Shown here piece by piece: positions 10,320-19,775 of a DNA stretch of 64,000 nucleotides; positions within the stretch are counted from its first letter, which is position 1; each line of letters opens with the position of its first letter. The stretch is from Parvularculaceae bacterium. Lineage in GTDB: Bacteria; Pseudomonadota; Alphaproteobacteria; Caulobacterales; Parvularculaceae. The position numbers and the translations under genes are program-made. The DNA lies in assembly GCA_046756245.1 (NCBI GenBank), contig JBHHVZ010000002.1:8256-72255 (forward strand). Reading direction: 5' to 3'. The notes under the pieces were generated by a model. The model had not been told where the DNA came from and ran no database searches. It saw nothing but the letters and a program-made list of their open reading frames with translations.

Positions 10320-11293
10320 GCCGCCTCCTCACGGTCGCCGCCGCGTTTTTCTTCATAGGCGTCCGATTCAGCGTCCTCGCCGGCCAGCGCAACGAAAATG
10401 TCGTGCAGCGTCGCGCCGGCGTGCTCGAACCGGGCGAGCCGAACGCCAGCCTCGAACGCTGCTTTCAAGACCGGTTGCGGGTCGGCGCCGCGGGCGAGTT
10501 CGACTTCATAGGCGCGCGCCTCGCCATCTTCGCGTCCGGGTCTTTCTACGATCGCCACGACGCCGGGCGCGTTCGATAGCGGCGCAATGGAATCGGCTGT
10601 CTGCAGAATGAGGCGCGGCGGGAAAGTTGCGCGCGCCGCCGCGAGGTCGCCCTCAAACCGCCGCTTTCCTTTCGTGAGTATGAGAAAGCGGTCGCACAAA
10701 CGTTCCGCATGCTGCATGACATGCGTAGAGAAAATGATCGTGCGGCCTTCGCTTCTAAGCTCTCTGATCAGTTCTTCGAAGACGTGCTGATTGATCGGGT
10801 CGAGACCCGAGAACGGTTCATCCAGAATCAGCAATTCCGGGTCATGTGCGATGGCGGTCAGCAGTTGCAGCTTCTGCGCCATGCCTTTCGAGAGGGCTTC
10901 GTTTTTCGATCGCGCAAATTCTCCGAGCCCGAAGCGTTCAAGCAGCGCATGCGCCTTTTCGCGGGCCGCCTTGCGGGAAAGTCCTCGGAGTTGCGCGAAA
11001 TAGGCGATCGTGTCGGCGGCCTTCATCTTGCGGTAAAGGCCGCGTTCTTCGGGCAGATAGCCGATGCGATGGCGCACCGGGATCGCCGAGGCCGAGCCGA
11101 GAATGGAGATGCGCCCTTGGTTCGGCGCAATGATGTCAAGCATCATTCTGAGCGTCGTCGTCTTGCCGGCGCCGTTCGGCCCGAGAAAGCCGAATATCTC
11201 ACCGGACGCGACGGAAAAGGAAAGACCGTCCACAGCCGTGAAATTTCCGTAGCGCTTGACGACGTTTTCAAGCGTGACGACGGCGTCGGACAT
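10316..11293 (-). CDS. ABC transporter ATP-binding protein (NatA-like)
   Basis: Walker A GPNGAGKTT, signature LSKGMAQKL, Walker B LLILDEPFSGLD. Translationally coupled to the permease. Confidence 0.9.
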   Translation of the reverse strand: MSDAVVTLENVVKRYGNFTAVDGLSFSVASGEIFGFLGPNGAGKTTTLRMMLDIIAPNQGRISILGSASAIPVRHRIGYLPEERGLYRKMKAADTIAYFAQLRGLSRKAAREKAHALLERFGLGEFARSKNEALSKGMAQKLQLLTAIAHDPELLILDEPFSGLDPINQHVFEELIRELRSEGRTIIFSTHVMQHAERLCDRFLILTKGKRRFEGDLAAARATFPPRLILQTADSIAPLSNAPGVVAIVERPGREDGEARAYEVELARGADPQPVLKAAFEAGVRLARFEHAGATLHDIFVALAGEDAESDAYEEKRGGDREEAA

Positions 11294-11337
11294 GGGCGCT
11301 CCCGGGGCTGCTTGGACTTAAAGTGCGCGGTTTCAAC

Positions 11338-11937
11338 TTAAGAATTGGTTCCGGGTGAAAGGTCAAGGCGCATCAGCGGCCGGTCGGCGCGCCGGCGGGC
11401 GACTTCGCGAAAGCCCGCACGGGCGAATATGGAGGCGACGCCATGGTAAAGCGAGACGGGCGGCTTCTTGGGCGCGGCCGGCGCCACCGGGCAGGCCTCG
11501 AGGAGGCGCGCCTTGTTCGCACGCGCCCAGTCCACGGCGCCGTCGAGAAGCGCCTTCGAAACGCCCTTGCCCCGCCATTGCCTGCGCACGACGAAGCAAC
11601 TGATCGCCCAGACCCCCGGATCGTTCGGGTCGACATCGTCAAGCGGCGCCGTCAGACGCCGCGCGCCGTTCCAGTTCGGCACGTCGGCGCGCGGCCCGAC
11701 CTGCACCCAGCCGACCGGTTCGCCGTCCGCATAGGCGATGAGGCCCGGCGGCGGGCCTTTCTTTACCCGACGTTTGAAGCGCGCCTTCATGGTCTTGCGT
11801 TCGGGGCCTTCGAAATAGCGCCGCGGGACGCGCCAATACATGCACCAGCAACCGCAATAGCCGCCGGAGGGCCCGAACACGGTTTCAAGGTCGGGCCAGC
11901 GCGCGGGCGTCAGGGGTTCGGTCTCGAAATTAATCAT
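11338..11937 (-). CDS. GNAT-family N-acetyltransferase
   Basis: VVRRQWRGKGVSKALL acetyl-CoA loop (Q/R-x-x-G-x-G/A) and a typical length. Confidence 0.8.
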   Translation of the reverse strand: MINFETEPLTPARWPDLETVFGPSGGYCGCWCMYWRVPRRYFEGPERKTMKARFKRRVKKGPPPGLIAYADGEPVGWVQVGPRADVPNWNGARRLTAPLDDVDPNDPGVWAISCFVVRRQWRGKGVSKALLDGAVDWARANKARLLEACPVAPAAPKKPPVSLYHGVASIFARAGFREVARRRADRPLMRLDLSPGTNS

Positions 11938-11955
11938 CGTTCCCGATACGGAGTT

Positions 11956-12423
11956 TCACCACTCTCCGGTGTTCTCCATGCTCGCCCAGGGTTCGGCCGG
12001 GGGAAGCGCATCGCCTTTTTGCAGCAATTCGATGGAAACGCCGTCGGGCGAGCGGATGAACGCCATGCGGCCGTCGCGCGGCGGACGATTGATGACGACG
12101 CCGGCGTCGCGCAACCGGCTGCAGGTTTCGTATATATCGTCGACCCGGTAGGCGAGATGGCCGAAATTTCGTCCGCCGGAATAGTCTTCCTTATCCCAGT
12201 TATAGGTGAGCTCGACGAGCGGCGCGTGATTTTCGCGGGCGCGCTCGATGTCGCCGGGCGCGGCGAGAAACACCAGCGTAAACCGGCCCGCTTCGACGTC
12301 GATGCGGCGCGCTTCAACAAGGCCCAGCTTGTTGCAGTAAAAATCGAGCGACACTTCGAGATCGCTCACCCGCACCATGGTGTGAAGATATTCCAACGTT
12401 GCGCTCCCTTCCGTTCGAGGCAT
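11956..12423 (-). CDS. gloA: Lactoylglutathione lyase (glyoxalase I, VOC family)
   Basis: [37 protein letters not shown]. Confidence 0.85.
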   Translation of the reverse strand: MPRTEGSATLEYLHTMVRVSDLEVSLDFYCNKLGLVEARRIDVEAGRFTLVFLAAPGDIERARENHAPLVELTYNWDKEDYSGGRNFGHLAYRVDDIYETCSRLRDAGVVINRPPRDGRMAFIRSPDGVSIELLQKGDALPPAEPWASMENTGEW

Positions 12424-12428
12424 CGCGC

Positions 12429-12968
12429 TCAGCGTGCGCGGATGATTTCATCCCTCAGATAGCCGGGCCGACGTGAATGATAACGACGCATGAATAGGGC
12501 GACAATGACAAGCCATACGATGAGCACGCCGAAGAAATAATAAAACCCGGCAAAATCGGTGGCGAGTTCGAGGGCCATCTCCTCCCGAAATTCTGCATTA
12601 GGACCGACACCTCGACCCGATATGGGTACATATTTGGCGAGCTCTGCTGGCTCCGCAATCAATCCGAGTTTTTCTCCCAGCACGTAACTGCCTGCTAACA
12701 AGGCTAACGTCACCGGCAGCGAGAGAAGGAACGTCGCCGTGCAGGCGAGCGCATAGCCGGGAAAGCGTGGGAAATGCACGCGCGCGTAGATGGCGTGGAA
12801 ACCGGCTTCGTCTAACCCTTCGACGAGTTCCGGCTCGGCCTTTTTCAGCCGCTCCCATTCGAGCCCGGCGTCTTCGGCGATCTCCGCCTCGATGCGCTTT
12901 TTCCATCGCCAGTAAAGCCCCGTCATAACGACGAGCACGAAGGCGACGATACTGAAAAACCAGGTCAT
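12429..12968 (-). CDS. Hypothetical 3-TM membrane protein
   Basis: ORF with three hydrophobic helices. Compact spacing with its neighbours. No recognisable domain. Confidence 0.6.
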   Translation of the reverse strand: MTWFFSIVAFVLVVMTGLYWRWKKRIEAEIAEDAGLEWERLKKAEPELVEGLDEAGFHAIYARVHFPRFPGYALACTATFLLSLPVTLALLAGSYVLGEKLGLIAEPAELAKYVPISGRGVGPNAEFREEMALELATDFAGFYYFFGVLIVWLVIVALFMRRYHSRRPGYLRDEIIRAR

Positions 12969-13007
12969 GAACTGCTTCCGTTGACCCCTGCTCGACCGGA
13001 CCTGCGC

Positions 13008-13589
13008 CTAACCTCGCATGCGCGCCAGCGTTTGTTGAAGCGCATCTGCAAATTCGCATCGCTCCGGCGGCGACAGGAACGCCCCCAACACCAGCGTCCG
13101 CCCTTTCGACGTGACCCGGATCTGGCTGTCATGACGGGACGGGCGATCGATTTCAACCCGCGTCCAATAGGGCTGCAGGCGCCAGCGCATTTCATGGCCG
13201 GACGGCGTCACCCGCGACACCCACATTTCGCCTCGCGTCAGGCGCACCCGCTCATGCAGTCGCCCCTGACGGTAGCTCAAGCGGAAAGCGAGCCACACCA
13301 GGAAAATATCGAGACCGCAAAACCCCAGCACCGGCCAGGCGCCGATTGAATAAAAGAGGAGCCCGAACGTCAGATTGACGCCGATGACCACCGCCATGAC
13401 CGCAACGAATCCAGCGTTCGGCAACGATCGGTGGGGATAAAGCACCGCCTCGAAACAGTCCTGGTCCTCGCGCGCGGGCGCGGGGCCCGGCAACGCAGCG
13501 GCCCGGCCCCTGGCGACGGGCGGCATGTCCTCGATGACGGCGGCGCGGCTCATGGAGGCGACCATAAGGGCTCGCCGCCGGCGCGCCAA
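13008..13589 (-). CDS. DUF2244-family integral membrane protein
   Basis: LYPHRSLPNAGF, two TM helices, then the WRLQPYWTRVE region typical of DUF2244. The start is uncertain (several in-frame Met). Confidence 0.75.
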   Translation of the reverse strand: MARRRRALMVASMSRAAVIEDMPPVARGRAAALPGPAPAREDQDCFEAVLYPHRSLPNAGFVAVMAVVIGVNLTFGLLFYSIGAWPVLGFCGLDIFLVWLAFRLSYRQGRLHERVRLTRGEMWVSRVTPSGHEMRWRLQPYWTRVEIDRPSRHDSQIRVTSKGRTLVLGAFLSPPERCEFADALQQTLARMRG

Positions 13590-13657
13590 TTCCGTTCCGC
13601 GCGCTTTACCTCTCCGGCGGCGCCGCTAAAGTCCGCCGAACCTCCACGCGCCGCCGA

Positions 13658-14473
13658 ATGGATCAGACGCCCGTGCCGCAAAAATTGACCCGCGCCAAGG
13701 CTCATGTCTTTTTCGAAAGGCTCGCTGCGCGCATGCCGGCGCCGCAAAGCGAGCTCGACTATGTCGACCCCTACACGCTGCTGGTGGCGGTCGTGTTGTC
13801 AGCGCAGGCGACCGACGCCGGGGTCAACAAGGCGACCGACAAGCTCTTTCCGGTCGCCGACACGCCGCAAAAAATGGTCAAGCTCGGCGAGAAAAAACTG
13901 GGCGACACCATCAAGACCATCGGCCTGTGGCGCAACAAGGCCAAGAACGTTATCGCGCTCTCGCAAAAACTCATCGACGAGCATGGCGGCGAGATCCCGC
14001 GCGCGCGCGAAGCGCTGGAGGCTCTTCCGGGCGTCGGCCGGAAGACCGCCAATGTCGTCTGCAATGTCGCCTTCGGCCAGCCGACCATCGCGGTGGACAC
14101 GCATATTTTTCGCGTCTCGAACCGCACGGGGCTTGCGCCGGGCAAAAACCCGCTCGATGTCGAGCGCGGGCTTGAGAAAATCGTCCCGGCGGAATTTCGC
14201 ATGGGCGCCCATCACTGGCTCATCCTGCACGGGCGTTATGTCTGCAAGGCGCGCAAGCCCGACTGCCCGAATTGCGTCGTCGCCGACCTTTGCCTCTATA
14301 AGGACAAGACGCAGGCGGATGAAAAGCCAGCCGTCAAAAAGAAAGCTGCGGCCAAAAAGAAGAACGCGAAAAAGCCGACCCGCAAGATGGCCGGCAGACC
14401 GAAACTGCGAACGGCGAAACGACCCGCGCGCAAAATCAAAACCGTTGTGAAAACCAGGAGACGGAGCAGCTAG
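13658..14473 (+). CDS. nth: Endonuclease III with a Lys/Arg-rich C-terminal extension
   Basis: HhH-GPD motif LPGVGRKTANVV, FeS cluster CKARKPDCPNCVVADLC, then a basic tail of about 55 aa. Confidence 0.92.
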   Translation: MDQTPVPQKLTRAKAHVFFERLAARMPAPQSELDYVDPYTLLVAVVLSAQATDAGVNKATDKLFPVADTPQKMVKLGEKKLGDTIKTIGLWRNKAKNVIALSQKLIDEHGGEIPRAREALEALPGVGRKTANVVCNVAFGQPTIAVDTHIFRVSNRTGLAPGKNPLDVERGLEKIVPAEFRMGAHHWLILHGRYVCKARKPDCPNCVVADLCLYKDKTQADEKPAVKKKAAAKKKNAKKPTRKMAGRPKLRTAKRPARKIKTVVKTRRRSS

Positions 14474-14513
14474 AGGTTGGGGTCGAATTGAAATGCGCAC
14501 GTTGCATCGCACG

Positions 14514-14585
14514 CCGCTCACCCCGGCGGAAGCCAGGGCCGAGAGCTAAGGCAGACTGGATCCCGGCTTCCGCCGGGATGAGCGG
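14514..14585. repeat. REP-like palindromic element, family 1
   Basis: CCGCTCACCCCGGCGGAAGCCAGGGCC...GGATCCCGGCTTCCGCCGGGATGAGCGG. Same arms as 7151..7222. Confidence 0.85.
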
Positions 14586-14606
14586 AGAATGGGAAAAGGC
14601 GAAGAT

Positions 14607-15305
14607 ATGACGCCGGATTGTAAAGAACGCCTCATCATCGCGCTCGACTTGCCGACCGTCGACGCGGCCGAGACGATTGTCGCAACGCTTGGAGATGCAG
14701 GCGCGTTTTACAAAATCGGCTATCAGCTCATGCCCGTCGGCGGAATCGATTTGGCGAAAAGGCTGTCGGCCGCCGGCAAAAGAGTCTTTCTCGATTTCAA
14801 ATTCCATGACATCGGCGCGACTGTGGAGCGCGGCGTTCAAAGCGTCTCAAAGCTCGGCGCAGATTTCCTCACCGTGCACGCCGAACCGGACGTCCTCGCC
14901 GGCGCAGTCGCCGGCCGCGGCGACGACAGGCGCTTGAAGATTCTCGCCGTCACCGTACTCACAAGCCTCGACCAGGCCGCGCTTGAGCGCTCGGGAATAT
15001 CGATGAAGCTCGAAAGCCTTGTTTTGAAGCGCACCGAATTCGCGGCGCAAGCCGGCGCTGACGGCGTAATCGCCTCGGCGCAGGAGGCGCGGGCGATCAA
15101 GGCGCGCTTCGGCGACGCGCTCCTTATCGTCACGCCGGGCATTCGTCCCGCCGGCGCGCACGCCGGCGACCAGAAGCGGGCCGTTGCGCCCTCAGAAGCA
15201 ATCCGGGCCGGCGCCGATCATCTCGTCGTCGGCAGACCCGTAATCGCCGCGCCCGATCCGGCGGAAGCGGCGCGCGCGATCCTCGCGGAAATCGCCGCCG
15301 CCTGA
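14607..15305 (+). CDS. pyrF: Orotidine 5'-phosphate decarboxylase
   Basis: LIIALDLP, FLDFKFHDIG, VTPGIR. ATG 14589 is an alternative start. Confidence 0.9.
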   Translation: MTPDCKERLIIALDLPTVDAAETIVATLGDAGAFYKIGYQLMPVGGIDLAKRLSAAGKRVFLDFKFHDIGATVERGVQSVSKLGADFLTVHAEPDVLAGAVAGRGDDRRLKILAVTVLTSLDQAALERSGISMKLESLVLKRTEFAAQAGADGVIASAQEARAIKARFGDALLIVTPGIRPAGAHAGDQKRAVAPSEAIRAGADHLVVGRPVIAAPDPAEAARAILAEIAAA

Positions 15306-15416
15306 CGATCCGCCGCGGACGCGCGAGCCTCCCGCCCTTTGCCATCCCCGTCGCTCTCCTGTAGCTTGAGGCGTCGTGCGAGGAGCGGGGGACTTTCAGG
15401 GCGGGAGGACGTCTTC

Positions 15417-17243
15417 ATGGGCGATCCGGTAAAGCGCATCGTACGCCGCTCCAGGCGGCCGATCTTTTCGGCGTTTCTGGAGAGAGCGCGCCGCAAAGGC
15501 GCCAAAACCGTCGCAATTATCGACGGCGACGGCCGCAAATTCACCTATCAGGAACTCGTGCGCGCGGCGTTTGCGCTGGGCGGTCCGATCGCGCGCATGA
15601 CCGAAAAGCGCGAGCGCGTCGGCGTCTTGCTGCCCACCGGCGCCGGCGCCGTGATCGGCTTCCTCGCCATCCTTTCGCGCGGACGGACGCCGTCCATGCT
15701 CAATTTCACCTCCGGCGTCCATAATCTGAAAGCAGCCTGCCGCGCGGCGGAAGTCAGACACATCGTCACGGCGAAGAAATTCATCGATGCGGCGAATCTC
15801 GAAAAGCTGGTGGAAGATCTCTCCCAGACAGTGCAGCTTGTCTACCTCGAAGACGTCAAAGAGAACCTCAAGCGCCGCGATGAGGCGTCGGCGATTCTAG
15901 GTCCGATCTTTCCGAGCCTCTTTGCAGGCCATCCGCATCCGGATGAACCGGGCGTCATTCTTTTCACGTCGGGAACTGAAGGCGACCCCAAGGGCGTCGT
16001 GCTCAGCCACTCGAATATTCTCGCCAATATCGAACAGATCTCGGCGCATGTGCAGCTCGAACCGACCGACGTTTTCTTCAACCCGCTGCCGACATTCCAC
16101 TGCTACGGATTGACCGCTGGCGCGCTGTGGCCGATCATTGCAGGCTATCCGGTGGTCTTTCATCCCTCGCCCTTGCAGACCAAGATCATTCCCAAGCGCA
16201 TTTTCGACACCAGCTCGACCGTACTTTTCGCCACCGACACTTTTTTGCAGCAATATATGCGCGCAAGCGAGGAAGGCGGCATGAGCTCGCTCAGGATCGC
16301 CGTTTGCGGCGCCGAACGCGTGCGCGATGAAACCCGCCAGGCGGCGGAAAAGCGGTTTTCGTTCGAGGTGCTGGAAGGTTACGGCGTCACCGAAGCCGCG
16401 CCGGTGCTCGCGGCCAATCAGCCCGGCGATATTCGCCCCGGCACGGTAGGCAGGCTGCTGCCCGGCGTCGAGGCGAAGCTCGAGCCCGTTGAAGGGCTTG
16501 AAGGCGCAGGCCGGCTTTTCGTGCGCGGCCCCAACATCATGCAGGGCTATTTGACGGCCGAAGAACCGGGCGTTCTCAAATCGCCGGCGGACGGCTGGCA
16601 CGATACAGGCGACGTCGTCTCCATAGACAAGAACGGCTACATATCCATTCGGGGCCGGATGAAACGGTTCGCCAAGATCGGCGGCGAGATGGTTTCGCTT
16701 GCGGTGGTTGAAAACTGCGCCTCGGCGGTCTGGCCGGATAACCGCCACGCCGCGACCATCCTGCCGGACCCGAAAAAGGGCGAACAGATTATTCTCGTCT
16801 CGGATCGCGAGAACGCCGACCGCTCGCTGCTCTTGGCCTGGGCGCAGTCGCACGGCGTGCCGGAAATCGCCGTGCCGAAAAAAATTATCAACGCCGAAGA
16901 CATTCCGGTGCTCGGCACCGGCAAGACCGACTATGTGGCGGTTGAAAAGCTCGCCTCGGAAGGCCTCGCCGCGCTCGCCGCAAAAGCGGTCGAAGAAGCC
17001 GCAGCGCCGCCGACCAAACAGGAGCTGAAAAAACGCGCCGCCGAGGAAAAACGCGCCGCGAAAGAGGCGAAAAAGGCCGCCAAGGCGGAGGCAGCCGCGG
17101 CGAAGTCCGAACCGGCGCCGACGGAAACCGGGGCGGAAGAGCCAGCGCTTGAGTCCGCTGACGATGAAGAGATTGCGCAAGAAATTGACGCCGGGCCGGT
17201 GAAAGCCGCCGCCTCCGACGATTACAAGAACGCTGCGGAATAG
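15417..17243 (+). CDS. AMP-binding acyl-ACP/acyl-CoA synthetase family protein (like the Aas C-terminal domain) with an Ala/Lys/Glu-rich tail
   Basis: ILFTSGTEGDPKGVVLSH, GYGVTE, GWHDTGD, GRMKRFAKIGGEMVS. Start trimmed to ATG 15417, which follows GGGAGGAC. Confidence 0.88.
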   Translation: MGDPVKRIVRRSRRPIFSAFLERARRKGAKTVAIIDGDGRKFTYQELVRAAFALGGPIARMTEKRERVGVLLPTGAGAVIGFLAILSRGRTPSMLNFTSGVHNLKAACRAAEVRHIVTAKKFIDAANLEKLVEDLSQTVQLVYLEDVKENLKRRDEASAILGPIFPSLFAGHPHPDEPGVILFTSGTEGDPKGVVLSHSNILANIEQISAHVQLEPTDVFFNPLPTFHCYGLTAGALWPIIAGYPVVFHPSPLQTKIIPKRIFDTSSTVLFATDTFLQQYMRASEEGGMSSLRIAVCGAERVRDETRQAAEKRFSFEVLEGYGVTEAAPVLAANQPGDIRPGTVGRLLPGVEAKLEPVEGLEGAGRLFVRGPNIMQGYLTAEEPGVLKSPADGWHDTGDVVSIDKNGYISIRGRMKRFAKIGGEMVSLAVVENCASAVWPDNRHAATILPDPKKGEQIILVSDRENADRSLLLAWAQSHGVPEIAVPKKIINAEDIPVLGTGKTDYVAVEKLASEGLAALAAKAVEEAAAPPTKQELKKRAAEEKRAAKEAKKAAKAEAAAAKSEPAPTETGAEEPALESADDEEIAQEIDAGPVKAAASDDYKNAAE

Positions 17244-17246
17244 ATT

Positions 17247-17350
17247 ATATGACGCTGCACTGACCGCGACTTATAGATTTGGGGAAAAGCCTCGTATTTC
17301 AATGCCGGTTTCTAAATGGAATTTCAGGTCGTCAGTGCAGCTTGGCGTTA
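17247..17350 (+). repeat. Copy 1 of a ~105-nt conserved element with a long-range closing stem (candidate structured RNA or MITE-like repeat)
   Basis: Aligns along its whole length with 39893..39998. Stem is GCTGCACTGAC (17254-17264) with GTCAGTGCAGC (17331-17341). Strand not established. Confidence 0.6.
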
Positions 17351-18367
17351 CCAGCCGCCGCCCATGACGCCGGTTTCAAGATAAGCGCCCAGCGGCGGCA
17401 ATGTCAGCGCAAAGAACACGCTGATCGCAAGGCCAATGAGCGCCTTGATGGCGTCAAGGCCGACGATCTTCGCCGTCGCGCCGGGGCTGCGGATCTTGTC
17501 GATGCTTGCGATCGCGAATTCCCGCCCGCCGATGAGTCCCAAAAACACCCATGTCGTCGACATCGGGATCGGATTGATTCTGGCGTAATAAAACAGGAGC
17601 GAAGCATACAGAAAGTCGATGATCGTCGCCGAGCGTATGTCGCGAACGTTTGTTTTCGACTTGAGAATTCGCTGAACCGGGCCGCCCTTGTTGGCGAATG
17701 TGTAGGCCAGCAGCAACAGGATGACCCCAAGCGCCAGCGTCGCTTCCTGCAGGTTGAGCGCGTTCGCGCCGGAAGCATCCTCACCGCGGGGTAGAAAGAC
17801 GAAAATATTGGCGAAATCCTGAATAAGCCACACCGCCCAGAGATAACCGGTCGTGATCCACTGCAACAGCACCCAGACCGGCGCGTGTTGCTGCTCGGCG
17901 GTTTTCAAAAACCAGCGCTCCACCGTCGGCGCAAGAATCGCATAGATGACGCCGCCCGTTACAAAGGCGGCCACATATCCCGAAAGCGATTTCACCAGCA
18001 TGCTCTGCATGCCGCTCAAAGTGGCGAAAATTGAAAGAACCATGAAGCTGGTGGAAACCGGAATGCCCAGCCGCGTCAGGATAAGAAGCGCCAGCGGCGG
18101 AATGGCGTGATACCACTCAACATGAAAAATCGGGTATTTCTCGACGTTCGACAGCCGCCCCCAGGACGGATCGCCGGCGAACCGGTCGTAGCCGAAATAG
18201 AAAATCCCGACGAGGATGACCGCTGCGTAGAGATAAAGCGCCCACCAGGGCAGGCGACGGTTCGAATTGATGAACGTGCCGAGCGTTTGCAGCGCATCGT
18301 TGCCGACGACTGCATAGGCCGCGAACGCAAATCCGACGGCCGCCCAGACCCCGATGTCGATATCCAT
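17348..18367 (-). CDS. Polytopic membrane protein with a PiT/PHO4-like N-terminal GNDxxQ motif. Function unknown.
   Basis: About 10 hydrophobic helices and VVGNDALQTLGTF near the N-terminus. Start trimmed to ATG 18367 (MDIDIG). Confidence 0.7.
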   Translation of the reverse strand: MDIDIGVWAAVGFAFAAYAVVGNDALQTLGTFINSNRRLPWWALYLYAAVILVGIFYFGYDRFAGDPSWGRLSNVEKYPIFHVEWYHAIPPLALLILTRLGIPVSTSFMVLSIFATLSGMQSMLVKSLSGYVAAFVTGGVIYAILAPTVERWFLKTAEQQHAPVWVLLQWITTGYLWAVWLIQDFANIFVFLPRGEDASGANALNLQEATLALGVILLLLAYTFANKGGPVQRILKSKTNVRDIRSATIIDFLYASLLFYYARINPIPMSTTWVFLGLIGGREFAIASIDKIRSPGATAKIVGLDAIKALIGLAISVFFALTLPPLGAYLETGVMGGGW

Positions 18368-18543
18368 CGCGCGCCCCGCTTTCGAGCGGGCGCACACTCG
18401 CCGCAAAGTAATACAGAATTGTGACAGTCCGGGCCTTTTGAGCGGGTGAAACCGTCGCGCCCGGCGCCGACTTTCGCGCGGCCTGCGTTGTTTTCCCCGA
18501 TGGGCGCGCTTATCTGATGCGGCGATATTTGGAGGGATACGCT

Positions 18544-19584
18544 ATGGCTGACCGGCCCAACGCCTCTGCGACGCGCCCGCCGGAACACCCGCCCATCGCG
18601 GAGCCCCGGGTCGGCGTCCTTCTGGTCAATCTCGGCACGCCGGACGCCGCCAATGCCGGCGCGGTGCGCCGATATCTCCGCGAGTTCCTGAGCGACAGGC
18701 GCGTCGTCGATTATCCGCGCGCTGTGTGGCTGCCGATTCTTTACGGAATTATCCTCAACGTCCGTCCGGCGAAGACGGCGCGCGCCTACAGCGCCATCTG
18801 GCGGGCGGATTCGAATGAATCGCCTTTGCGCTATTTCACACGGCGCCAGGCTGACGCGTTAAGCGAGGGGCTTGGCGGCGATATCGCGGTCGACTGGGCC
18901 ATGCGCTATGGCGCGCCGCCGATTGCGGGCCGGCTTGCCGCGCTCAAGGAAAAGGGCTGCGAGCGCATTCTGATCGTCCCGCTCTACCCGCAATATTCAG
19001 CGACGACGACGGCGACGGTGAATGACGCTGTGTTCCGCGCGCTAGAAAAGATGCGCTGGCAGCCGGCGATCCGGACGATGCCGCCGTTCCACGACACGCC
19101 GGCCTATATCGGCGCGCTGACAGCCGTTGCGCGGCGGCGTCTCGAAGAACTCGACTGGGCGCCGGAGCGCGTGCTCATCTCGTTTCACGGCCTGCCGCAA
19201 CGCTATTTCGACGCTGGCGACCCGTATTTCTGTCATTGCTCGAAAACGGCGCGCTTGCTGCGCGCCGAAATGCGGTGGTCGGAGGAGTTTGCGCCGATGA
19301 CCTTTCAGTCGAAATTCGGCCCCGAAAAATGGCTCGAACCGGCGACCGACGTTACGCTCGAAAAACTCGCCGGCGAAGGCGTCAGGCGCGTCGCGGTGAT
19401 GACGCCGGGCTTCGTTTCCGACTGCATCGAAACGCTTGAGGAGATCGCCATCGCCGGACGGTCGCAGTTTCTCGCCGCCGGCGGGGAGGCTTTCGACGCC
19501 ATCCCCTGCATCAACGACGCGCCCGAAACCGTCGCGCTGCTCGATGCGCTCGTGCGCAGGGAGACGGCGGGCTGGGTCGCGTAA
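18544..19584 (+). CDS. hemH: Ferrochelatase
   Basis: VGVLLVNLGTPD, LYPQYSATTT, SFHGLP, SDCIETLEEI. ATG 18544 lies 8 nt after GGAGGGA. Confidence 0.92.
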   Translation: MADRPNASATRPPEHPPIAEPRVGVLLVNLGTPDAANAGAVRRYLREFLSDRRVVDYPRAVWLPILYGIILNVRPAKTARAYSAIWRADSNESPLRYFTRRQADALSEGLGGDIAVDWAMRYGAPPIAGRLAALKEKGCERILIVPLYPQYSATTTATVNDAVFRALEKMRWQPAIRTMPPFHDTPAYIGALTAVARRRLEELDWAPERVLISFHGLPQRYFDAGDPYFCHCSKTARLLRAEMRWSEEFAPMTFQSKFGPEKWLEPATDVTLEKLAGEGVRRVAVMTPGFVSDCIETLEEIAIAGRSQFLAAGGEAFDAIPCINDAPETVALLDALVRRETAGWVA

Positions 19585-19631
19585 ACGAAGCAGTAGAGTA
19601 TCGAGCAATTAATCGGAAACGGAACAATTCC

Positions 19632-19717
19632 CCGCTCATTCCGGCGAAAGCCGGAATCCAGAGTCGCACGGGACAGCGTTTGCCGCCCTGGCTCCCGGCT
19701 TTCGCCGGGATGAGCGG
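19632..19717. repeat. REP-like palindromic element, family 1 (more diverged, longer loop)
   Basis: CCGCTCATTCCGGCGAAAGCCGGAATCC...GGCTCCCGGCTTTCGCCGGGATGAGCGG. Confidence 0.8.
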
Positions 19718-19775
19718 ATTGAGAGATTTCGATTCACTATTGGATCGGCCAGATCAGCCGCCGCGCCGACCCCGT

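Noticed and set aside
11443-12462. 339-aa plus-strand ORF.
   Set aside because: It runs antisense across both the GNAT and glyoxalase I genes, which have clear motifs on the minus strand.
15897-17180. 427-aa minus-strand ORF.
   Set aside because: It lies antisense to the AMP-binding enzyme gene, has low-complexity Arg/Gly/Phe content, and shows no domain signature.
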